Shown here: positions 48,519-58,403 of the stretch, piece by piece
Numbering within the stretch: position 1 is the first letter of the stretch
How the letters are laid out: every line of letters begins with the position of its first letter
Source: an uncultured Lachnospiraceae bacterium
GTDB taxonomy: Bacteria; Bacillota; Clostridia; Lachnospirales; Lachnospiraceae
Reading direction: 5' to 3'
Assembly (NCBI GenBank): GCA_910584685.1
Contig: CAJUAO010000011.1
Span: 22,300 to 86,299, forward strand
Length of the DNA: 64,000 nucleotides
The notes under the pieces: generated by a model
Database searches by the model: none
What the model saw: only the letters and a program-made list of their open reading frames with translations
What the model was told of the DNA's origin: nothing
Position numbers and translations under genes: made by a program

Positions 48519-48574
48519 GGTAAAAAAGAATAAAAAATAAAAACGCTGCCTAAAGGCGGAACGGAGGAATTAAT

Positions 48575-49867
48575 ATGTCAGAAAAGAGAAATTTAGGAAC
48601 AATATGTATTCAGGGAGGATATACGCCAAAGAACGGAGAGCCGAGGGTTTTGCCGATTTACCAAAGCACTACGTTCAAATATGACAACAGCGACTACATG
48701 GGAAAGCTGTTTGATTTAGAGGCAGAGGGCTATTTCTACACAAGGCTTCAAAATCCTACAAATGACGCAGTAGCAGCTAAGATAACGGAGCTTGAGGGAG
48801 GAGTGGCAGGAATGCTTACCTCCAGCGGACAGGCAGCTAATCTTTTTGCAATTATAAATATATGCGAGGCAGGAGGACATGTAGTGTGCTCCGCGCCTAT
48901 ATATGGCGGTACATTTAATCTGTTTAACGTAACCTTAAGAAAATTCGGCATTGATTTTACCTTTGTGGACCCTGACGCACCGGAGGAGGAGCTTGCAAAG
49001 GAATTTAAGGAAAATACAAAGGCGGTATTTGCAGAAACAATATCAAATCCGTCTCTTGTGGTACTTGACATAGAGAAGTTTGCAAGACTTGCCCATTCTC
49101 ACGGAGTTCCCCTTATTATTGACAACACCTTTGCAACCCCTATAAACTGCAGGCCGTTTGAGTGGGGAGCAGATATAGTTACGCATTCTACCACAAAATA
49201 TATGGACGGTCATGCAGCGGCAGTAGGAGGCTGTATTGTTGACAGTGGTAACTTTGACTGGGAGGCTTATAGTGATAAGTTTCCGGGACTTACCACGCCT
49301 GATGAATCATATCATGGAATTATATATACCAAAAGGTTTGGAAAGGCGGCATACATAACGAAGGCAACGGCGCAGCTTATGAGGGATTTAGGCTCAATCC
49401 AGTCGCCGCAGAATGCATTTTTGCTTAATACGGGACTTGAGACGCTCCACCTTAGAATGAAGAAGCACTGTGAAAATGCCCAGAATGTAGCGGAATATTT
49501 AAACGGCAATGACAGAGTGGCGTGGGTAAATTACTGCGGACTTAAGGACAACAAGTATTATGAGCTTGCTAAAAAATACATGCCAAACGGAAGCTGTGGA
49601 GTAATATCCTTTGGTCTTAAGGGAGGAAGAGATGTGGCTGTTAAGTTTATGGATAACCTTAGGCTTGCTGCTATTGTAACTCATGTGGCGGACGCGCGTA
49701 CAAGCGTGCTTCATCCTGCAAGCCATACCCACAGACAGCTTTCAGAGGAGCAGCTTATAGAGGCGGGAGTTCAGCCTGACCTGATAAGATTTTCCGTAGG
49801 CATAGAGGATGCGGAGGATATAATAGCAGATATAGAGCAGGCCCTTGGTAAGGCGTATAATGCTTAA
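48575..49867 (+). CDS. metY: O-acetylhomoserine sulfhydrylase (PLP-dependent, MetY-type)
   Basis: Cys/Met-metabolism PLP enzyme pattern, including [10 protein letters not shown] (PLP lysine). Confidence 0.9.
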   Translation: MSEKRNLGTICIQGGYTPKNGEPRVLPIYQSTTFKYDNSDYMGKLFDLEAEGYFYTRLQNPTNDAVAAKITELEGGVAGMLTSSGQAANLFAIINICEAGGHVVCSAPIYGGTFNLFNVTLRKFGIDFTFVDPDAPEEELAKEFKENTKAVFAETISNPSLVVLDIEKFARLAHSHGVPLIIDNTFATPINCRPFEWGADIVTHSTTKYMDGHAAAVGGCIVDSGNFDWEAYSDKFPGLTTPDESYHGIIYTKRFGKAAYITKATAQLMRDLGSIQSPQNAFLLNTGLETLHLRMKKHCENAQNVAEYLNGNDRVAWVNYCGLKDNKYYELAKKYMPNGSCGVISFGLKGGRDVAVKFMDNLRLAAIVTHVADARTSVLHPASHTHRQLSEEQLIEAGVQPDLIRFSVGIEDAEDIIADIEQALGKAYNA

Positions 49868-49924
49868 AGCTTTTCCGACAGCGATAATGTAGGTTTTGTC
49901 TGTAATTTTTGAGGAGGTAAAGGT

Positions 49925-50293
49925 ATGAAATTTGAGAAAGTTGATTGCGGCGGCAAAACGGCAGCTATTGTCTTAAGTGACAGTAAAGTAATTACTGATG
50001 TTAATTCTTCCCTTGATTTACTTATGTCTGCCAAATATGAGGCAGATACAAAGTATATTATCATGGATAAAAAGTTGATTGTTGAAGATTTCTTTATTTT
50101 AAGCAGTGGTTTGGCAGGAGAAATTATTCAAAAATACGTCAATTATGGTGGAAAAATTGCAATATACGGCGATTATTCACACTATACCAGCAAACCGCTG
50201 AAAGATTTTATCTATGAAAGCAACAATGGGAAAGACGTATTCTTTGTTGCAACAAAAGAAGAAGCAATACAGAAGATAACTGAAATTATATAG
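49925..50293 (+). CDS. DUF4180 domain protein
   Basis: 122 aa. FFILSSGLAGEIIQKYVNYGGKIAIYGDYS...FIYESNNG matches my recollection of DUF4180. Confidence 0.6.
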   Translation: MKFEKVDCGGKTAAIVLSDSKVITDVNSSLDLLMSAKYEADTKYIIMDKKLIVEDFFILSSGLAGEIIQKYVNYGGKIAIYGDYSHYTSKPLKDFIYESNNGKDVFFVATKEEAIQKITEII

Positions 50294-50339
50294 CAAACAA
50301 AATTCCGTTATCATATTGCTGTATTTTAATATAATGCTT

Positions 50340-50443
50340 AGCGGAGCTGTCGCAATAAGAAAAGCATATACAAAATATTGTATGATACAACTGCGTGTTA
50401 ATACATATCCTGTATGATTAAAACTTATTGCGACAGCTCCGCT
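50340..50443 (+). repeat. 20-bp perfect inverted repeat with 64-nt loop
   Basis: AGCGGAGCTGTCGCAATAAG (50340-50359) pairs with CTTATTGCGACAGCTCCGCT (50424-50443), followed by TTT. Confidence 0.9.
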
Positions 50444-50631
50444 TTTACTGTGCTGAAGCCTGTGTGAAAAACGATATCAGGCGGCGCTGCATAAAGCTTT
50501 AGCGCATGTATGACACCATAATTTATATTTGATTTAATATATAATCATATGCTATAATAATTTCAGTAAAGACAAGCTGCGCAGGCTGATGAAGGTAAAG
50601 TAAGGTTGAAGATAAATAACGGAGGAATTTT

Positions 50632-51333
50632 ATGAGCTTTATAGAACTTAAGGATGTTGTAAAGGAATACAAAACAGGGGAGGTGTCCATAAAGGCAGCG
50701 GACGGAATAAGCCTTTCCATAGAGAAGGGTGAGTTTGTAGTTATCGTGGGACCGTCAGGCGCAGGAAAGACTACTGTTTTAAATATTCTGGGAGGAATGG
50801 ACACCCTTACGTCGGGAAGCGTTATTGTTGACGGAACTGACATAAGCAAATACAATTCAAAAAACCTTACTGCATACAGAAGATATGACATAGGCTTTGT
50901 GTTTCAGTTTTACAATCTTGTACAAAATCTTACGGCAAAGGAAAACGTGGAGCTGGCAAACCAGATAAGCAAAAATCCTCTTGATGCGGCCGAGGTACTT
51001 ACAGAGGTTGGACTTAATGACAGAATGAATAATTTTCCCGCGCAGCTTTCGGGAGGAGAGCAGCAGAGGGTAGCCATAGCAAGGGCACTGGCAAAAAATC
51101 CAAAAATGCTTTTATGCGACGAGCCTACGGGAGCTCTTGATTATAATACGGGAAAGGCCATACTTAAGCTTTTGCAGGATACATGCAGGAAAAAGGGGAT
51201 GACGGTTATAGTAATAACACATAATCAGGCTATAGTACCTATGGCAGACAGAGTCTTTAAGATAAAAAACGGACAGGTTTCGGATACGTATGTAAATAAT
51301 AGTATAGTGTCGGTAGAACGGATAGAGTGGTAA
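50632..51333 (+). CDS. ABC transporter ATP-binding protein (MacB/LolD-type)
   Basis: Walker [10 protein letters not shown], signature LSGGEQQR, Walker [12 protein letters not shown]. Confidence 0.95.
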   Translation: MSFIELKDVVKEYKTGEVSIKAADGISLSIEKGEFVVIVGPSGAGKTTVLNILGGMDTLTSGSVIVDGTDISKYNSKNLTAYRRYDIGFVFQFYNLVQNLTAKENVELANQISKNPLDAAEVLTEVGLNDRMNNFPAQLSGGEQQRVAIARALAKNPKMLLCDEPTGALDYNTGKAILKLLQDTCRKKGMTVIVITHNQAIVPMADRVFKIKNGQVSDTYVNNSIVSVERIEW

Positions 51334-51422
51334 GTGCGAAAAGAATTTCTAAGCCTGTAAAAAACACAGGCTAAGAAATTCTATGTTTCGCACTGAAGAA
51401 TGACCTTAAAAGGTCATTCTTC
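51334..51422 (+). repeat. Two consecutive stem-loops between the ABC ATPase and permease genes
   Basis: GTGCGAAA-AGAATTTCTAAGCCTGT pairs with ACAGGCTAAGAAATTCT-ATGTTTCGCAC (51334-51393). GAAGAATGACC pairs with GGTCATTCTTC (51395-51422). Confidence 0.85.
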
Positions 51423-51493
51423 CTTGTATACGTGAATGGGATTGTTTATATTAACGGATTAATTATATTAACGGAAGAGTTAAGGGTGATTTT

Positions 51494-53932
51494 ATGAGGG
51501 CTGTTAAAAAAGAATTTTATGTGGAGATTAGGAAAACTAAAAGCAGATTTATTTCCATTTTGATTATTGTGGCGCTGGGTGTGGCTTTTTTTGCGGGGAT
51601 ATGCTCTACGGAGCCGGATATGAGGCTGTCGGCGGATAAGCTTTATGATGACGGAAAGCTTATGGACATAAGAGTGGTGTCGCCTATGATAGTTACGGAA
51701 GGCGGCGTGACGGGGATTAATGATGAAATAGTAAAGGAAATAGGGCAGATAGACGGTGTAAAAACGGCAAGGGGAGCATATCTGGTTGATTTTATTAACA
51801 GGATAGGGGATAAGGAGGGAGTTGTATCGCTCCAGTCATATACGGAGGGGATAAACGAGCCTGCAATGAAGGAGGGAAGACTTCCGGAAGAAATTAATGA
51901 GTGCATAGTGGAGAAATCCTACGCAAAAAATTATAATTTAAAAATAGGTGATGAGCTTACATTTACGTCAGGTAATGAAACTGCAATAGAGAGTATTATT
52001 AAGGAAACAACCTTTACGGTGACAGGCATTTATACGTCTCCTTACTATATAGGAAGGGACAGGGGAACAACAACCATCGGCAACGGAAAGATAGACGGTG
52101 TGGCTATGGTAAGGGAAGAGGCTTTTTTACTGCCGGTTTACGGCTCATGCTATATTACCGTTGAGGGAGCAGAAGAAAAGGAAGCTTATACAGATGAATA
52201 TAACGAGACGGTAGAAGTCGTTAAAAATAAAATAGAAACTTATGTAAATGGTCTTGACGGCGTATGGTATGTGCTTGACAGGATGTCAATACAGACATAC
52301 GGTGAATTTGACCAGGATGCGCAGCGTATTGGAAATATAGGTAAGGTCATACCTGTGGTATTTTTCATAGTGGCTGCCCTTGTAAGCCTTACTACCATGA
52401 CGAGAATGGTGGAGGAGCAGAGAACACAGATAGGTACGTTAAAGGCCCTTGGGTATACTAAGGCGGAGGTAGCGTCAAAATACATAAAATATGCCCTTTT
52501 TGCCTCTGTCATAGGAAGCCTTATAGGAGGTATTTTTGGAAGCCTTGTGCTGCCAAGGGTAATTATTAACGCCTATAATATGCTATACACTATTGAAACC
52601 ATTCTCACCCCTGTTAATATGTTTTATTTTACTCTGGCATGCGGTGTGGCGGTTATTCTGGTAACTGTAGCTACGGTATTTTCCTGCTACAGAGAGCTTA
52701 CGGATTGTCCGGCGGCGCTTATGAGACCGGAGCCTCCAAAAAAAACAAAAAAAATATTTTTAGAGCATATTCCTGTTATATGGAATAAAATTAATTTTGG
52801 GGGAAAATCAACCATACGTAATCTTGTAAGGTATAAAAAGCGTCTGTTTATGACCTTGTTCGGAATAAGCGGCTGTATGTCCCTTTTAGTAGTGGGCTTC
52901 GGCGTAAAGGATTCCATTAATTCCATAATTGGAATACAGTATGATGAACTTCATAGGTATGATACGGTGCTGGGCTTAGAAGCCGGTTTGTCAGATTCGG
53001 ACAGGGAAAATATAGAGAGTAAGCTTAATAATAACAGGGAAGTAAGAGATTATATTTTTATAAGAAACAGCTCTCTTACTCTTGAGGGAGATGAAGCAAG
53101 CCTTACAGGATTTATTTATGTTGCAAATGATACTGAAAAATTTACGGATTTTATTAAGCTTCGGGACAGGGAGAAGCATGAGAATTATCAAATGTCTGAC
53201 AGCAGAGTAATGATATCGGAAAAGGCGGCGGACAAGCTTAAGGTGAATAAGGGCGATACAATAAAGCTTGTATTTGGAGATACAGACAGATATGAGGCTG
53301 TAGTAGGAGATATAGTAGAAAACTATGTTTATCATAATGTGTATATGACACAGAGCATGTACGAAGGTCTTGTGGGAAAGGCAGAGTATAACCAGATATT
53401 AATATCACTTACAGATAAAGGTAAGGAAAACGAGGAGAAAATAATAGAGGAGCTTTTAAGGTGTAGCGGAGTAAGCGGAGTTTCTTATATAGATAAAATG
53501 AGAAGCGGCTTTGAGGATATGCTTGGAAGCATGGATGTAATAATTGCGGTAATAATTATTGCAGCGGGAGGTCTTGCGTTTATTGTTCTTTATAATCTTA
53601 ACAATATTAATATAAGCGAGAGAAGAAGGGAGCTGGCTACGCTTAAGGTCCTTGGCTTTTATGATATTGAGGTATCACGTTACATATACAGGGAAAATGT
53701 AATATTAACCATAATAGGAATAGTGGCAGGAGCATTTTTAGGAGTAGTTCTTCACAGATTTGTTATTGTAACGGCTGAGGTTGACATGGTTATGTTTGGA
53801 AGAAGCGTGGAGCCTTTAAGCTTTGTATGGAGCAGCTTATTGACCATACTTTTTGCAGTAATAATAAATATATCAATGCACTATAAGCTTAAAAAGGTTG
53901 ATATGGCAACGTCATTAAAAAGTGTTGAGTAA
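51494..53932 (+). CDS. FtsX-like ABC transporter permease (duplicated FtsX domains, 812 aa)
   Basis: N-terminal TM helix, a large extracytoplasmic domain, and two 4-TM FtsX-like bundles. Follows the ATPase gene. Confidence 0.9.
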   Translation: MRAVKKEFYVEIRKTKSRFISILIIVALGVAFFAGICSTEPDMRLSADKLYDDGKLMDIRVVSPMIVTEGGVTGINDEIVKEIGQIDGVKTARGAYLVDFINRIGDKEGVVSLQSYTEGINEPAMKEGRLPEEINECIVEKSYAKNYNLKIGDELTFTSGNETAIESIIKETTFTVTGIYTSPYYIGRDRGTTTIGNGKIDGVAMVREEAFLLPVYGSCYITVEGAEEKEAYTDEYNETVEVVKNKIETYVNGLDGVWYVLDRMSIQTYGEFDQDAQRIGNIGKVIPVVFFIVAALVSLTTMTRMVEEQRTQIGTLKALGYTKAEVASKYIKYALFASVIGSLIGGIFGSLVLPRVIINAYNMLYTIETILTPVNMFYFTLACGVAVILVTVATVFSCYRELTDCPAALMRPEPPKKTKKIFLEHIPVIWNKINFGGKSTIRNLVRYKKRLFMTLFGISGCMSLLVVGFGVKDSINSIIGIQYDELHRYDTVLGLEAGLSDSDRENIESKLNNNREVRDYIFIRNSSLTLEGDEASLTGFIYVANDTEKFTDFIKLRDREKHENYQMSDSRVMISEKAADKLKVNKGDTIKLVFGDTDRYEAVVGDIVENYVYHNVYMTQSMYEGLVGKAEYNQILISLTDKGKENEEKIIEELLRCSGVSGVSYIDKMRSGFEDMLGSMDVIIAVIIIAAGGLAFIVLYNLNNINISERRRELATLKVLGFYDIEVSRYIYRENVILTIIGIVAGAFLGVVLHRFVIVTAEVDMVMFGRSVEPLSFVWSSLLTILFAVIINISMHYKLKKVDMATSLKSVE

Positions 53933-54041
53933 TAGTAAAAATAATACAAAAGCAGATATTGTTAAAAAAGGATATTGGGAAAATACAATAATAATATTGT
54001 GAAGGATACAAAAATAAGGATAGCACGGAAATGAGGTATAT

Positions 54042-54812
54042 ATGAAATTCAGACCATGTATAGATATTCATAACGGTAAGGTAAAGCAGATAGTAGGGGG
54101 AACCCTTAGGGATTACGGGGATGACGTCAGGGAAAATTTTGTGTCAGAGCAGGATGCAGGCTTTTATGCAGAAATGTATAAAAAGGACGGGCTTAAGGGA
54201 GGTCATGTAATACTTCTTAACGGCAGCGCTTCACCTTATTATGAAGAAACAAAGAGGCAGGCTCTTACAGCCCTTAACGTATATAGGGAAGGGCTTCAGA
54301 TAGGAGGAGGAATAAACCTTGAAAATGCAAAAGCTTATCTTGAGGCAGGGGCATCCCATGTAATAGTAACCTCCTTTGTTTTTAAGGACGGCATGGTAAA
54401 TTACCATAATCTTGAAAGCCTTGTACGTGTCACAGGAAAGGACAGGCTTGTTTTAGATGTAAGCTGCAGAAGGAAAGACGGAAGGTATTATATTGTTACG
54501 GACAGATGGCAGAGGTTTACGGACGTCTCATTAGAAGAAGCGGTATTTTATAAGCTTTCAGATTATTGCAGCGAGTTTCTTATACATGCCGTAGATGCAG
54601 AGGGAAAGGCAAAAGGCATAGAGGAGGAGCTTGCAGAGCTTTTGGGAAGGCTTGCAGGCCTTAAGATGACATATGCCGGAGGCATAGGAACAATGGAGGA
54701 TATAGAGAAGCTTAAGACACTTGGAAGGGGAGCTGTGGATTTTACGGTTGGAAGCGCCCTTGACATATTTGGAGGTAAGCTTCCATACAGTGAAATAAAA
54801 AAATTTAAATAA
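54042..54812 (+). CDS. HisA/His6-like ProFAR isomerase family protein (orphan)
   Basis: MKFRPCIDIHNGKVKQIVGG... matches eukaryotic-type HisA/His6 as I recall. No other his genes are nearby. Confidence 0.7.
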   Translation: MKFRPCIDIHNGKVKQIVGGTLRDYGDDVRENFVSEQDAGFYAEMYKKDGLKGGHVILLNGSASPYYEETKRQALTALNVYREGLQIGGGINLENAKAYLEAGASHVIVTSFVFKDGMVNYHNLESLVRVTGKDRLVLDVSCRRKDGRYYIVTDRWQRFTDVSLEEAVFYKLSDYCSEFLIHAVDAEGKAKGIEEELAELLGRLAGLKMTYAGGIGTMEDIEKLKTLGRGAVDFTVGSALDIFGGKLPYSEIKKFK

Positions 54813-54840
54813 GATAGTTTTAATAGAAAAAGGAGCTTTT

Positions 54841-56394
54841 ATGATACTTAATGTAGAAAATTTAAGCCATGGCTTTGGAGACAGAGCCATTTTTAATAAT
54901 GTATCCTTTAGATTGCTTAAAGGAGAGCATATAGGGCTTATAGGAGCCAACGGAGAGGGAAAGTCAACATTTATGAATATAGTAACGGGAAGGCTTATGC
55001 CGGACGAAGGCAGGGTGGAGTGGAATAAAAATGTGAGGGTTGGATATCTGGACCAGCATGTTGTACTTACAAAGGGAATGACGGTAGAGGACATATTAAA
55101 GGGAGCATTTTCTTACCTGTATGATATGGAAGCCAAGATGAATGAAATTTGTGATAATATGGCGGAGGCTGACGAAAGTCAGATGAGCTGTATGATAGAG
55201 GAGCTTGGAACAATACAGGATATGCTTACAAATCATGATTTTTATATGATAGATGCAAAGGTGGAGGAGATAGCAAGGGCCTTCGGCATATTGGAGCTTG
55301 GACTTAATACGGATGTGACAGAGCTTAGCGGCGGTCAGAGAACAAAAATACTTTTGGCAAAGCTGCTGTTGGAAAAGCCTGATATTCTTCTTTTGGACGA
55401 GCCTACAAACTATCTTGACGCAAATCATATAGAGTGGCTGAAAAGATACCTTCAGGAATATGAGAATGCATTTATACTTATTTCGCATGATATACCCTTT
55501 TTAAACAGCGTGGTAAATATTATTTATCACATGGAAAACCAACAGCTAAACAGATATGCAGGCGATTATGATAAGTTTGCGGAGGTATACGAGGTAAGGA
55601 AATCACAGCTTGAAGCGTCGTATAAAAGGCAGCAGCAGGAGATAGCAGACCTTAAGGACTTTGTTGCAAGAAATAAGGCGAGGGTTTCCACAAGAAATAT
55701 GGCCATGTCAAGACAGAAAAAGCTTGATAAGATGGAGATAATAGAGCTTGCAGGAGAAAAGCCAAAGCCTCAGTTTAATTTTAGAGAGGCAAGGGCAGCA
55801 GGCAGAATAATATTTGAAACTACTGATTTAGTTATCGGATATGAAAATAAAAAACCCTTATCAAAGCCAATAAACCTTAGAATGGAGCGGGGAGAAAAAA
55901 TTGCCCTTACAGGGACAAACGGTATAGGAAAAACTACGTTTTTAAAAAGCGTTCTTGGAATTATTCCATCACTTGGCGGAAGGGTAACGCTGGGCGATTA
56001 TCTTTATAAGGGATATTTTGAACAGGAGACAGAGGGCGGAAAAAATACATGTATAGAGGAGATTTGGAATGAATTTCCCTCATACACCCAGTATGAGGTG
56101 CGTTCCGCCCTTGCAAAGTGCGGACTTACAACAAAGCATATAGAAAGTCAGGTGAGGGTTTTAAGCGGCGGCGAACAGGCAAAGGTGCGGCTTTGCAAGC
56201 TTATAAATACAGAGACAAACGTGCTTTTGTTAGATGAGCCGACAAATCATCTGGATATAGATGCAAAGGAGGAGCTTAAAAGAGCGCTTAAGGAGTATAA
56301 AGGCTCAATACTTATTGTCTGCCACGAGACTGAATTTACAGACGGTCTTGTGAATAAGGTGTGGAATTTAGAGGAGTTTTCCCTGCTTGGTTAA
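54841..56394 (+). CDS. ABC-F family ATPase
   Basis: Two ABC cassettes (GANGEGKST/LSGGQRTK and GTNGIGKTT/LSGGEQAK) joined by a charged linker. No TM domain. Confidence 0.9.
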   Translation: MILNVENLSHGFGDRAIFNNVSFRLLKGEHIGLIGANGEGKSTFMNIVTGRLMPDEGRVEWNKNVRVGYLDQHVVLTKGMTVEDILKGAFSYLYDMEAKMNEICDNMAEADESQMSCMIEELGTIQDMLTNHDFYMIDAKVEEIARAFGILELGLNTDVTELSGGQRTKILLAKLLLEKPDILLLDEPTNYLDANHIEWLKRYLQEYENAFILISHDIPFLNSVVNIIYHMENQQLNRYAGDYDKFAEVYEVRKSQLEASYKRQQQEIADLKDFVARNKARVSTRNMAMSRQKKLDKMEIIELAGEKPKPQFNFREARAAGRIIFETTDLVIGYENKKPLSKPINLRMERGEKIALTGTNGIGKTTFLKSVLGIIPSLGGRVTLGDYLYKGYFEQETEGGKNTCIEEIWNEFPSYTQYEVRSALAKCGLTTKHIESQVRVLSGGEQAKVRLCKLINTETNVLLLDEPTNHLDIDAKEELKRALKEYKGSILIVCHETEFTDGLVNKVWNLEEFSLLG

Positions 56395-56443
56395 AAATGA
56401 CAGAAAATATAGAAAGCAATGAAACATGGGCGGGCAGAGCATT

Positions 56444-56477
56444 AAAAAAGGAGCTGTCCCAATAGGCAGCTCCTTTT
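56444..56477. terminator. Bidirectional rho-independent terminator between convergent genes
   Basis: AAAAAAGGAGCTG-tcccaatagg-CAGCTCCTTTT, with an A-run before and a T-run after. Confidence 0.75.
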
Positions 56478-56486
56478 ACAGAGCTT

Positions 56487-57398
56487 TTAATTCATTAAAT
56501 TTAGAGCATTTTTTTCAGATGTTTCTGCCTGCTTTAAAAGATTTGCAACAGTGGCCCTGTTGTCCTTTAAGGATAAATCAGAAGCTTTTTTCAGTTCAAA
56601 AGCCTTTTGCCAACAGTCAAAGACATTTTTATAGCATGCAGCAAGCTCCAAAAGCCGGTACTTTTCAAAGAATTTCCAGGCGTACCATTTAAGCGCTGCA
56701 TAGGTTCCTAAAAAGTATTCCATATTCCATGAAAGCGCCAAATCCGTATTTTCACCTTCAAGATGTCTGATTAATGCAGGATAGGCTTTTAGTCCGCTTG
56801 CATTTTCGCACCATTCACCGCCTGTAAGGTGTTTTTTTGCAAGCTTTATTGTGTCTTCAATAATATTTTTTGTGCTTTTTTCTGATTTCCCCGTAATGGT
56901 AAGTACATTTAAAATGGGAAGCTCTCTTTTTCCAAGAAGGGCATACTCCATTTCATCAGTGGAGCCGTTAATAGATAAGGTGGCAAATTTTTGGGTTTCA
57001 TCGTCATAGCCGGTAATTAAGCCCCATTCAGGAACTCCAATATCCCAGCTTATTGCGGCAATTCCATTATCTATGCTTTGTTTAATTTGTTCTATTGCAG
57101 CAAGTCTGCATTTTTCTTCAATATCATCGCTGTTCCACAGCCGTTCCTTATAATTGCAGGTAAGCCCTCCGTTTTCCACCCATGGCTTCTGTTCACGAAA
57201 TGACCATATGCTGGTGGCGCTTGGACATAGGTCAGGGGAAACCCACATGCGAAATGCAAATCCGCTTGTTGCAATTATATCCTCGGCAAGATTACTATAG
57301 GGACTGTTTTTTACTGCACAGGCAAGTGATTTGGCGAAAGAGAACAAATAGCCTGTAGAGTCTGCAATATTATCCCATGTAATTGTTAATTTTTTCAA
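56487..57398 (-). CDS. Hypothetical protein (303 aa), translationally coupled to the AraC/GyrI regulator
   Basis: TTG start at 57398 with AAGGAGG RBS 7 nt upstream. It overlaps the regulator's stop codon. No confident family call. Confidence 0.55.
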   Translation of the reverse strand: MKKLTITWDNIADSTGYLFSFAKSLACAVKNSPYSNLAEDIIATSGFAFRMWVSPDLCPSATSIWSFREQKPWVENGGLTCNYKERLWNSDDIEEKCRLAAIEQIKQSIDNGIAAISWDIGVPEWGLITGYDDETQKFATLSINGSTDEMEYALLGKRELPILNVLTITGKSEKSTKNIIEDTIKLAKKHLTGGEWCENASGLKAYPALIRHLEGENTDLALSWNMEYFLGTYAALKWYAWKFFEKYRLLELAACYKNVFDCWQKAFELKKASDLSLKDNRATVANLLKQAETSEKNALNLMN

Positions 57399-58234
57399 CT
57401 TAAATCCTCCTTTGTCTTAATTGGAATATAAATATCTTCAGAAAACAGCCTGCTTTTCTCAATATAACATTCAAACTCATAGTCTCCGGTACGCCTGTAT
57501 TCACTGTTTTTAAGCCATACATTGTTTATGTAATCCCATGTACTATGAATGATTTTTATAAAATCATTATGATTTGCAGCCGGCGTTGAAAATATAGCGT
57601 ATAATCCGCCGGAAATATTGATTTTTGCTGTGCCGCTTAAATCACCCATAGCGTAATCAGATTTTATGCCAATATAATAATCAAGTTTATTTTCAGTGAA
57701 ATTCCAAATACTAACGCCATAATCCCTTGTAATAATACCGCCGGAAAGCTTCAGCGAATATCCCTTTGCATTATATTTATTCCAAAAATTTGGAATATGG
57801 CTTTCGTCGCTTTTATAGACAGTTAAACAAAAAGGCTCTGTTTTAACAATCCTCGGCGCAATAAAAAAATTGTTTTCATGAAAAGTAAATCTGTCGTATA
57901 GCTGCAAACTGTTTTCAATAGATTTATATTCTGTAGGTAATATGCCATGCTCGTTTTTAAAGGCTCTTAAAAAATTTTCCTTGGAATTAAATCCATATCG
58001 AAAAGCAATCTCAGATATATATTCATTATTACCCTCTATTTCCTTTGCTATTTCCGAAAGGCGGCGTTTTCTGATATAGTCCGAGGGAGTAAGGCCGATT
58101 ACTTCCTTAAACACACGTATAAAATGATATACTGAATATCCGCAGGCTTTTGCACAATCTGCAATACAAATATCATTATTTAAATTATCTTCTATATAGT
58201 CGACTGTATCAGCAATGTGCTTTGTGTAATCCAT
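57395..58234 (-). CDS. AraC-family regulator with GyrI-like effector-binding domain
   Basis: N-terminal AraC HTH (AKACGYSVYHFIRVFKEVIGLTPSDYIRKRRL...). C-terminal SOUL/GyrI-like half. ATG at 58234 after GAGGTGG. Confidence 0.85.
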   Translation of the reverse strand: MDYTKHIADTVDYIEDNLNNDICIADCAKACGYSVYHFIRVFKEVIGLTPSDYIRKRRLSEIAKEIEGNNEYISEIAFRYGFNSKENFLRAFKNEHGILPTEYKSIENSLQLYDRFTFHENNFFIAPRIVKTEPFCLTVYKSDESHIPNFWNKYNAKGYSLKLSGGIITRDYGVSIWNFTENKLDYYIGIKSDYAMGDLSGTAKINISGGLYAIFSTPAANHNDFIKIIHSTWDYINNVWLKNSEYRRTGDYEFECYIEKSRLFSEDIYIPIKTKEDLS

Positions 58235-58309
58235 TTTTACCACCTCGCTTGTTATTATATTGTAAATTTTCTTTGGGGAATTGATAAAAATTGCTAAAAA
58301 ATAGAGCTG

Positions 58310-58382
58310 TCACACAAAAAACGTACAATAAACAGAAAAACATATTTGTAATGCCTGTATATTGTACGTTTTTTGTGTGACA
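58310..58382 (-). terminator. 21-bp perfect inverted repeat downstream of the EAL gene
   Basis: GTCACACAAAAAACGTACAAT (58310-58330) pairs with ATTGTACGTTTTTTGTGTGAC (58362-58382), with a 31-nt loop. On the minus strand it is followed by AGCUCUAUUUUUU. Confidence 0.6.
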
Positions 58383-58403
58383 CCACGTAGATTTTATAAG
58401 CCC

